A stretch of DNA of 60,121 bases, counting the filler, from Sphacelaria rigidula (taxonomy: Eukaryota): NCBI GenBank assembly GCA_964200075.2. It is 2 parts of 2 records of this genome, joined end to end, with 100 filler letters (N's around TTAATTAATTAA, not from the genome) between each part and the next. Parts side by side here need not be neighbours in the genome. Positions count along the whole stretch, not along the records: positions 1 to 30,023 come from CAXNAA020000069.1; positions 30,124 to 60,121 come from CAXNAA020000070.1. One strand, 5' to 3'. Each line of letters opens with the position of its first letter. Positions within the stretch are counted from its first letter, which is position 1. The position numbers and the translations under genes were made by a program. Below are positions 1 through 33,600 of this stretch, piece after piece. The notes beneath the pieces are model-generated. The model did no database searches. It saw only the letters and a list, made by a program, of their open reading frames with translations, and had not been told where the DNA came from.

Positions 1-517
1 AAATGCCACTTCAACCCCATATTTTGTATGAACCGCAAAAATTAAAATCGGCTGTTGTAACCCTTTGTAGGTAATGTTGTACAGTATTTCCGTTGGCAGA
101 AAAACAACCATGTCTTGCCCAAGAAAACGTCAAGTGTAAATCGTCATTTTTCCATCAATATACTTCCAAAAGGGTTCATTCTTAGACAGTGAGAGTAGGA
201 CATCTATTAAATCTGCATCAACTTCACTTACAACAAATAGATATGATCCAGATGGACTACCCTCCGGTCTGAGGGCTAACGTGCGATGCATGATGCATCT
301 CTCACGAGCAAGAGGTCAAGTAAAAAGACAACGCATTCTCAGAACTTTTGGTTCTAGATTTGAGAACCTGAGTTCTTATCATCGACATGCTAGAACCGGC
401 GACCGGTCCCTACATCGCTCGCTACATCACGGCACGGAGTGTACTGTGCTCCCCCTGGGGCGGACAAAGGCCACTCTGTTCCTACATTGGTCTAGGCTCA
501 GAGATAAGGAGGCTGAC

Positions 518-23769
<23,252 letters not shown>

Positions 23770-25412
23770 GGCAGGGATTTAGCGTGTTGGGGCACCGCTC
23801 CTGTAGGATGTGTGTAACTATACTGGCAGACTAGCAGAATTTGGTGTTCATAGCGACGTGAGTACACAACGGTTTGGTGTTTACTCTGTATATATGCGAT
23901 TTCAAGTCTTCGCACCGAAATACACCTTGGGTGATTGGTGGCTTTCCGCCGATTTGATTCTCGAAGTCATCAGTCATGTGGAGAGGGCGCTGATTTGATG
24001 CAAGCGAAGGGATCTGATGCCAAATGGGCATTATATCAATGTTGGAGATAAAATAGTACCGATTGCACAATCTAGCACTTCCAAGTTTAGATGACAACCG
24101 GAGTTGCCTGTAGACTACAATTTGGACACCCGGCCCCCGCCCCCGGTAGGGGCGGAAATTCAGCATTGTGGCAGTCGAGGTTGAAAAGGTTTAAAACTCC
24201 CCCAGACCATATCTTGGTTGATGTATGTGCTTTGTACGTCCTATTCTAGAGCACCGCGTGCCCTCTGCTTCGGCGGCGAGACAGTAGCTGTCATGAGTCA
24301 AGGGTGTCCGTAGCTTGTAACTGCAGATTCGTCCCCTCGAAGGGCTACTTCAAGTCATGGAAAAAAAGAGAGACAAAATGACTCGTTGACAATCAAGCGC
24401 AGTGAGATCTGGAGCCTATGGAACAGGAACAAATCTTGCAGTATGCAGTAAATGCACCACAATTGATCAAGAAACGGATTATCTCTTGTTCATGTCTCGC
24501 TCCTGCAGAGCTTGTGGGTGAGAGTCCTTGCCTAGTGCTCAATTGTTGTGGTCCTCAAACTGCTGAGTCAGACGCGCGGCAAGCATTTTTCTGTTTTGCC
24601 GATGACGCTACTTGAGTAGCCATCTCTGCCCCCAACAATGCTGCTCCAGGCCATGAGCTGGCACGCTAGGACACCTCTATCTCCATGAGCAAGAGGCTTC
24701 GAGGCGACGGGGGAGGTATCTAGCTACAATACATGCGGCATTTGGTGGTTGACACCACCCAAATCAAATGCCAACTCTGAGAACTTTGATGTGTTGATTT
24801 ACGGGTGTCAGTCCACAATGAGCTACCATGAACAAGGATCACTGACGTAAACACCAACTCAAGAATACCAACTTCCAATCGGGCGCCTCGCATGAACTCG
24901 TCTTGGATTCACTTATTAACGAGTCAATTCTCGGTGTTACCACAGGCTCGGGTCTCACACGATTTCCCATCCCTCATTGTACTTTGTCAGATTGCTACGA
25001 CGTTCGGCGTCCTCTCACGAGACCATGGCGAAAGACATGAATCAGCTGTTGGGTAGCCAGAGGCCGAGGGAGGGATGCACGACGTGACGCTCTACCCTAA
25101 ATGTCGCACATCGTACCACTTCTGTGGAATACCCGGAAAATGACAGACACTCGATACATTTCTTCAAGGCCAAGGTTGAAAAAAATTAAACCCGCCAACA
25201 AAAAGTCATGGTGTAGTTGTACTTTTTTGTATATCTTCTACACACACTCTGCGGCTTGCTCTGTACGAAGACTGAAGACGATACTATTTGAAACTGAATT
25301 TCTGGCGGCACACAGAGATGCCGGATGCGCCAGACGAAATGTCGGGGTGGCCATCTTGGCAATGAGAAATTTTGAGCCTCAGTGGTCCTCACAATCAATT
25401 ACGTTGCCTCCA

Positions 25413-28400
25413 TTAAAGCTGAAACGCATCGATAGGATGACTGGAATCCCAGTCACTTTGTAATGCTGGGTCAACCGCAGTGAGTATCTTTCTAATGGTT
25501 TTCGGGGAGTTCAAAGCTTGAACTGCCAAATCAGCCACATCTGCTCTGTGGATTACTCCTGCAGCCTTGGTGTCTTCGGTGAGTATTGCAGTTCCAGTTG
25601 ACGGTTCGCTTTTGAGCCCACCGGGGCGAATGATCGTCCATTCGGAGTTGGTGTAGTACTTGAGTAACATATTTTCGGCGAGAGTCTTGGCCACAAGCGC
25701 CTTCTCGAGGACCTGTCAAGTTCACACCGAAACATATATACATACACCACGTATAAGATATGATCACATGGGTTGTTCTCCGCCACGACGAAGGTAGGCG
25801 AACGGAAAGGAACAGCCGACAACATTCACATTCCAACACTCCGTTGGTTCAACATAACGTGTTTCGGCTACTTGCAACATTTCACTCTCCACGGAGATAA
25901 TGCACAAGGTTGAACGGAGACCCCGGGAGGACCATTGCTATCTTCACGTTCGAGGTACATAGTTGGTTGCAATGGCGAGTGCTCACGTGTTTAACGAGAT
26001 TTTCCAGAGACAGACTACACATGAGCGACGCGGCGCTCGAAAGCCGAAGCGGGTAGCAATACATGAACGTGCTTCGTGTGGTCAATCGAACCACAACTAT
26101 ATAAAAAAGCAGACTGCCCGCACTGGGGATCAAATATTGCCGACGTCACCCGAGTTCGACATCAACATGCCATCGTGGACTCAAGGTGCCTGAAAATGGG
26201 GTGTCGCTGCCTGTTTCTAGCTGCGATACTGAAGGTCCAATATACTGGTACAATATATACTGTCATCACCTGGTAAACCTGGTCGCTGACGGCCTCGCGG
26301 CTGCTACCGCTACCGACACTCGTCACAAGGATAACACGAGTGATGCCCAAAATTCCCGCAGATTCAATAACGTTCCGGTTACCAACGTAGTCCACACGCT
26401 TCTCCTCGTCTCCACTAGGAGCCCCGCCCAGCGTAGTGATGGCGGCATCACACCCGTCGAGCACGCCCTCTACTCCCTTCAGATCCAACGCATCGCAGAC
26501 CACAGCCGTTACACCTGTCGGTGGGTAAGGTAATCTGAACTGTCAACTTTGTGTAAGGCAGCTTCCACATCAACACTCATCGTGTTGCCAACGCCAGCCA
26601 AACCCGCATTGCTCAAGCACCGCTGCGACTCGCCCCTGATTGAACGTCATAATAAGCAGACAGCCTTATTGGGGGGTGTCGGAATGATTGTTTTCCGCAG
26701 ACAGATGACGTCTACACGAAGAAGGCCATTGCTACCCATGCATATATGCCGCGGGTCACAGGTAGCTATTCGTGGACAAGAAGCCACGGCCAGCAGCATT
26801 TCATCATCTCGAGACACAGAAATTGTCACCCCGATCGCACCAGCACATATATGATGTCAACAAGAACAAATCTTGATGGAACAGGTGAACGGCGTGGCGC
26901 GTTCATGTGCTCGGAGGTGCACGTGTTGTAGGCGCGACTCGTGCGGGTGTGATTGAGTGGTGTTCTAACTTTGTACCCAAAGTTTGCGACCCCACTCCCG
27001 AGCTGACGAGCCTGGTCCGGCGAAGACCCGACGTGCTCCGTCCCAGCTTTGTAGGGATGCAAGGTCAATGGTCATATGACTACGGCATGCAATATCATGA
27101 GTACACCCCCCCCCGACACAGGATGGGGATAAGACATGTAAAGGGTGTTTGTGTAATGTATGGAAGAAACGTAATGAGCGTTAGCTTGCTGGAGGTGTCT
27201 CTATTGGGAGTATGAACAGGGCTCCGTCTCGAAAGGGATGCGTGGTCAATGGTCAAACGACCAAGGCAACAAACAAATGAGTACGTCTCCCCCCCGTACC
27301 CCCTTGCTCCGTCTCGACAGGGATGCGTGGTCAATGGTCAAACGACCAAAGCAAAAAACAAATGAGTACGCCTCCCCCTCTACCCCCGACGAGAAGTTGA
27401 TCCATGAGCAACGCGCATGGTACCGTAACGGTGAGATGATCGCCCTCACCAACTCCTGTGGGTTGGTAGCAAAGGTGTTGTAGGAGTATCTATCGCTCTG
27501 ACACTACTGAGCCCGACAATACTCATTGCACATCTGAATGATACACGGGAGGCAAAAAAAATGCACGCGTCTCGCTCACAACCATCAACCATCGCATAAT
27601 ACTGCCGCGCGCCTTTTCCACACAATTTTCTCTCTACATTCACTTGTGCCAAGCACCTCTGTCTTTCTAGCGTCCATTTTCGCCCACCAAAAACACCCTT
27701 CCGACAATTCGCGGGACTGTCAGCCGGGAGAATTCGGAACGGAATTCCAGGGGTCATGAAATAGGACAAAAAACAGCACGAGACGTCCTGTAAGATGACG
27801 AGGGCGGCTACCGAAGTTACTCAAGTACTTCGAAGTATATCGAACACTTGACGAATTCTCGCCGAATTCAACGAATGTGCTGAAAACGGGCATTTTCGAT
27901 GCGATGATTATTAATGCAGCATCACAAGAGGAATAATTGTGCAGCTTCACTTGAATTCTAGACTGACTGGGCGTGAGCAGAGGCTTTCAAAGCTTACTTT
28001 TCTACCCTCTGATTAGGAATCTTGAGGAACACCGGTCGCACAGCTTGTTGTCTTGGCGGTCATGGTGTGTAACATGCATCAAGTCCTGGACAGGGCAGCC
28101 TGTGTCGCCCGTATTACGCACCCGTGATCGCATCCAACTCTGCCTTGGCGTCTTCCCTACGAACAAGCGCCACCACTTCGGAGCCTTGCTCAACCAACTT
28201 GTCAATGACTGCCCGCCCTACGCCCTTCGCTCCGCCAGCAACAAAAACCTTGCCGTAGGACATGTCCAACTTGCTGCTTCGCCAGCAGTCTCTCCGATGG
28301 TTCGCGCCAAGCGCAGCTGGTCTGCAAAACATAAAATTCGATGAGACGGTGCGATGGATTCAGCATGCTTGCTAACACACTGCTCGTACTACTATATCCA

Positions 28401-28686
28401 CGTGCTGTACTGTGCCGCTCGCGGTTTCTACCATTGCGTACACTCGTACGCTTACAGGCTTCGATGCGTTACACGGCGCGGTACGGTACGATCAGGAGGT
28501 TTGCACGATAAGTTACACGTGTGGGGTATTGTATGAGAGGAGGACTCATGTTCCAGATTCGTGCATACAACACCCCACATGAGTTGAGCTGCCGGAAAGC
28601 ACTCACCGGGTGATAGTGGGAGAAATGAACGCATCAATGGCAGCTGACCACAGAAGAACAAGGCAGAAAGTACGCGATCCCGTCAT
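25413..28686 (-). CDS. NAD(P)-binding Rossmann-fold protein (atypical SDR, NAD(P)H-binding/Tic62-N-like), predicted plastid-targeted; 4 exons
   Basis: Exons 28686-28607, 28321-28122, 26514-26270, 25712-25413 join in phase with GT-AG introns: MTGSRTFCLVLLWSAAIDAFISPTITR..KVFVAGGAKGVGR..VVALVR..RVDYVGNRNVIESA..RVILVTSVG..KTLAE..WTIIRPGGL..GVIHRADVA. Confidence 0.92.
27030..27390 (+). mobile_element. Truncated non-LTR retrotransposon 3' ends, three stacked copies
   Basis: GCTCCGTC..AGGGATGC..GGTCAATGGTCA..ATGAGTAC..C-run occurs three times; 27119- translates as QDGDKTCKGCLCNVWKKRNER (WxxRN, typical of LINE ORF2 C-termini); homologous to 30380-30480. Confidence 0.65.
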
Positions 28687-29162
28687 CTTGTTCTGCGATG
28701 CCGAAAGCTCTACTTCTTACACTCTGCCAGCTGCACATGGAATGTCCGTGGATCGGAGCATCTTCTTGTTTTTGCTAACCACACACACACTGATGTGATG
28801 TAACAGTCAGTCCCGTGGTCGATGTGGACCATTTTTCCACAAAAGAACTACAAAAGGGATACACCCACCGCATACGTTCACCCCTTGGGGACATCACTTG
28901 TACTCGAAATTTTACAGCAGGGTTAATCGAGGGTCTCAAAAGAAGAAAACCCTAGATAGATAATGAACAGCGGTTCAGGCTACAGGACTTATGCAGGATC
29001 ATGACGAGACACAGGCGTTGGAAAATGATCACGCGGGGAGTGATGTGAAACTGACCCCCACTGCAAAATCTGGTGTTGGTCGCTGGTGGCTGAGCGAGAG
29101 CTTGCGGGTCGGTACATATCTTGCGAGTGCTTCTCGTCGCTGCTGAAATTTTCGAAGTCGCC
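28687..29162. promoter_or_regulatory. Short divergent intergenic region (candidate bidirectional promoter)
   Basis: 476 bp between the divergent ATGs of the SDR gene (28686) and the phosphatase gene (29163); no specific motif identified. Confidence 0.45.
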
Positions 29163-29311
29163 ATGTTTTTTCCGCCCGTAAGCTTTGGCCTGGTAGAGAA
29201 AGGGCTTTACAGGTCTGCACTGCCTACCGAGATTAACTATCCATTCTTGGAGCGACTGGGCCTCAAGACCATCATCTACCTTTATCCGGAAGAGGAGCTC
29301 GATGCTCAGTT
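29163..29311 (+). CDS. First exon of a PFA-DSP / Siw14-Oca-type tyrosine-phosphatase-family protein (remainder not in window)
   Basis: MFFPPVSFGLVEKGLYRSALPTEINYPFLERLGLKTIIYLYPEE matches the family N-terminal PPxNFxxVExGxYRSxxPxxxNFxFLxxLxLKTIIYL; followed by donor GTAAGT at 29312. Confidence 0.88.
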
Positions 29312-30023
29312 GTAAGTTCATCCTATGCTACCGTAATGTCCCGCGACGTTTGCACCGTGCGTGCCATAAGAGTTGCGATGTTTACTTGTAGCATGAAGAA
29401 ATACTATTCACAGAAGCATCCAGAGAACATGACTTTATAGAATAATCAGAATACCTCCGCTGCTTTCATCTCTCGACGCTTAGGCTTCCACGGTGAATCT
29501 CCATCTCGGAACAGTATTTTATCAGAGAGGCTTGTTCTGTGGGTTGGACCGCTTCTTATAGTCTGAAAACGGACTCTCTGAGAACTGCTCTTTTTGAGCC
29601 TCTTATCGCGATTTTCTTACGGAATTCGGGCCTTGACGGATTTGGCCTTCTCGAAAAGATTTGCTTTGTTTTTCACGGGGATTGTAGCGCATTTTCCCGA
29701 TTTTTCGTACGCCCAGTCTTAGACCCACTTTTTTGCATTTACTGCTGATCACATGTCATCAACCCATGAGCATGACACGCGAGATATGCGTGGCATTGCC
29801 CTTGTGTCTGCGTAGGCGTTTTCTTCACACACACACAAAAAACTATCCCGAAACTCAGCGACGCCGTTTCATGTGGTCCAAATCGGGGTCCGGTTGGTCA
29901 AGGGGTTGACAGGAATAGTACGCACACGACGGCTTTACCCCCCCCCCCCCCCCCCCCAAACACCGAAACACCAGAACAAGAAGAGCGAGTGTGTTTTTTT
30001 GCCTCGTAAGGGCCAGAAAGACG

Positions 30024-30123
30024 NNNNNNNNNNNNNNNNNNNNNNNNNNNNNNNNNNNNNNNNNNNNTTAATTAATTAANNNNNNNNNNNNNNNNNNNNN
30101 NNNNNNNNNNNNNNNNNNNNNNN
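30024..30123. other. Assembly gap with artificial six-frame-stop linker
   Basis: 44 N + TTAATTAATTAA + 44 N = exactly 100 bp. Confidence 0.97.
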
Positions 30124-30480
30124 GAGTAGAACTGAAAAGTGGGAGAATGTGAAGTATTGTATATAAGAGTGAACGGCACGTGTTGGAAGAGATGAAAAAA
30201 CTAAACGAGTGTGACACGGAAATGTTTGGTAGATTGGATGGTGGCGAGAAAACAATCGCTATTATCGGAGACAAAAGCTGGCCGCAGACGACAGAAGATG
30301 AAGGGGATAATTTATGGAAGTAATTATCGTGCATTTGTCTGGAAATACCGTAATGAGCACCGCAGTTTCTGAGATCTCTAATGGGAGTAGGAACGGTGCT
30401 CCGTCTCTAAAGGCATCCATGGTCAATGGTCAAATGACTAAACCAAGAAACAGAGGAGGACGCGCCCTCCCCCTGCGCCC
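30124..30480 (+). mobile_element. Degenerate LINE ORF2 C-terminus/3' end
   Basis: Frameshifted SRT..VGECE..YKSERHVLEEMKKLNECD..EKTIAIIGDKSWPQ (zinc-knuckle-like tail), then GGGAGTAGGAACGGTGCTCCGTCTC..TGGTCAATGGTCAAA shared with 27200-27290. Confidence 0.65.
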
Positions 30481-30696
30481 CAATGATGTCTGACTGTGGC
30501 ATGTTCCCCTTACGTCACATGCTTTGTAGAAAATGACCGTACCGCTGTAATGACGCAACGCCGTAGCGATCTGAACTCGCTGTTAAGGACGAAAAAAAAG
30601 GCACGTACAAAATATGTATATATATATTTATTTCGCCCTGATTTGATCTAACACGTGCTCCGTGGCATCTGTATCTCATGTGTATCTCATGTGTAG

Positions 30697-33600
30697 GTGG
30701 TGGATGGTGATGGAGCAGTGTCCGGACTTCTCAACATCGCTAAATGTCTGTATGACGCCATCCACAGGCTGGAGAAGAAGGCCAGAAAGGCCGAAGAAGA
30801 GAAAGCAAGAGCAGGCGGAGATCAGGACATGGCTGCAATGCTCAAGGTACGAGTGTTGCATAGTTGCGTTTTGTCGTTGGATCGGGTCGTTGCTTGCCCA
30901 GTGGACTACATGAAACCAAGGCATGTAACCTCATGTGCGCTTTCCCAGGTTGGCGTGTTTGGTGTGTACGCCGAGAGCTGGCCGAGGGCTATTTCGACCT
31001 GATGGTTCACCCCGCTTGTTTGTTGTTTATTTTAGGTTGTTGCACTTTCCTTATTTTTGCGAGCGTTGCTGTTTCCTATGCCTTGCTCACGTCGGGCAGA
31101 TCATGGTCGGGATCTTCGGCTTCTCTTTTTCATGTTTGCATTTACAGCGCCGGACGCCGAGCACGCCAAGTAGCGCAGAGATTGCGTTTTGGTTTCTCTG
31201 ACTCTGCGGTCACATATCTTGATTTTGTGTTTTTTTTCCAACGGACCAAAGCATTATTTTTTTATTACATTAGTCACGAGCTGGGTCAGTAGTGAATCCC
31301 GCATTTTCACGTCACACCATAACTTATGAGTTTTCCAAATTAGCCCGACTTGAACATGTCGCTGTAAACTGCAGACAAACCCGGTAACGCACGACATCGC
31401 CACTGAGTGAAGAAAAAAAAATGAAAGAATAGCGTTCTGCATGATTCGCTGCATAACCTTTAGCGGAACGAGAAAAAAGATAATCTGTCGGGATTCGAAC
31501 TCGTGACTTCGATAACTTGAGTCACCTATATCACTTGGATTCAATGGGCGCAGCGGTGTCACACAAAAAGTGCCCGTCTGCGATCAATGTCGAGAATTTT
31601 GGCCGAAGTTTCACCAGGATCTCCTGCACGCAAGTACGCACAACATTTCTGGGGATATCGCCGTATTTGTTTATTTTCACAGAGTTCTAGCATTTTACCA
31701 GTTCCAGTTGAAACTTCAAATCGCTTTACGAGCCGGGCCAGGAGTGAATTCCGCATTCGTTTTCCACACCACAACGTCTCAAGTTTTCCAAATCAGTACG
31801 ACTTGAGAAATGTTTGTGAAGTGCAGAACAACCTGGTAACACGCGGCACAGCCGCTGGAAGAAGAAAAATATGACAAAAAAAAATGTACTGCATAATATG
31901 TGACCTTATCGACGGACGAAAAAAAAAGAGAATATGTCGGGATTCAAACTCATGACCTCCATAATTGGAGTCTCGTGTATCACTTGAATTCAAGGGGCGT
32001 GGCAGTGTCACACGAAAAGTGCGATGCCGCGCCCAATTTGAGGCATTTTTGGCCGAAAGAAACTTTAGCTTGCTCTAACTTCCTGGTTTTCTTCTCCCTC
32101 TGCACCCCCAATAGAGTTGCGCGTGTTGATAAAAATGTCGTGTCGAAACTTCAGCGGCGAACTCTTCGAATCACCAATGGCATCTCCACCCTTCGATCAA
32201 AAATCACCATCAGCTGGCCTAGCTCGTAGCTTTTCTTTATTTTTCCCGAGGCATCCCCACCAATGCTGCGCGTGTTTGGAAAATATTCGTGTCAAAATCT
32301 TTGCGCCTAACTCCTTGAATTATCCACAGCCGGGCCCGGGAACATTAAACAATCACCGTCAGCTGGCCCAGCTGGTATTTTAGACAAATCATCATCTACC
32401 AGACGTGTGGTACCTTGGGTACGTCTATCTTGTGGATAATGACATCACCGCACGTCTAGGTCCCCCTGGGGTCAGTTCATGTGCGACAATCAATTAACCA
32501 ATCAGGGCTAGTGTTTTTTTGGTTGTTACTTTGTTATCGCGGTCATCGTATATGCTACAGGACGAGAATGACGTTTCACTATTACAAGCTCGTGAATGTG
32601 GGGGAGGACCTGCGAAAACGCGCCTCATCGTTGTGGTGTGTGTGTGCGTTTTTCTTTTTCTTAATGTTACCCCTTGTCATGCTCCAGATGCAGGCGAAGC
32701 GTGCCGTTGGAAAGGGAGGGAAAAATGCAAAGGCACTGGCAGCTATGGCGGCTCTCCTCAAGGGCCTCGAAGATGGGGAGGAGGTAAATGATCATGGTCT
32801 CCAAGTCCCCTAGAGTTACCATAGTCGTCGCATGGTGGATGCTCACAACATGAGGGAAAGGAGGTGATGGAGTTGAGTACAGCGACTCCCGCACAATTCA
32901 TCATGGACCAACATGGAGAAGGATTATTGTGCCATCATACAGTATGAACATGGATATCAAGATCCATGTGATGAATCATCGCAGTATCGAGGGTGATACG
33001 TTGTGGTTAGAGCTCGGAAATGGTACTAGCTGTAACTGGCCGTAATCATGATGATGGTAATAATGGTAATGGCTATATGGAATTTCGGGATAATGGTTTC
33101 AAATCATTATTGACCGTTACCGGCTATGTATGCTACATGCAGCCCTTGAAAATTGGCCCAGATTTTGCGGTATTTTTTAGCTCTAGTGAGAACCCAAATC
33201 GCGTGAAAACGTGCCCCCGGCACGGCGCCTCCAGCTGGGCCCTCCGGGGGCGCCTCCGGCGGGCAGATCTGCCGGGGGGGACTTTTTGCCTCGCGGCTGC
33301 GCCGCTCGATGACCAAAGCGTTATGTATCATTCAACTGGTCAATGGTTAGACAAACCATTTCCGAGCTTTAGTTGTGGTGGTGTGCAGAACACGCGATTC
33401 GATTCGATTCGATTCGATTCGATTCAATTCGATTGGTGAAGAGCTCGTTCTTGTCATGCCAGGTGTTGCTCTTGTGACTTCTCGCGTGCATGCATTAGTA
33501 ATCGTATTCGTGGCTGCCTTCTACCGCTTGCTGGCGTTGCAGTTACAGCATTCGTGTGTAATCTGCGCACTTTGAATGCTCGTCGTGTCCTTTCGTGCGT

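Noticed and set aside
281-517. N-terminal extension of the 374-aa ORF
   Set aside because: The ORF call starts at GTG and the translation looks non-coding-like; ATG 518 was preferred, though upstream in-frame ATGs near 290 cannot be fully excluded.
30068-30079. Palindromic TTAATTAATTAA island within Ns
   Set aside because: Symmetric 44N-12-44N layout with stops in all six frames is a scaffolding linker, not biology.
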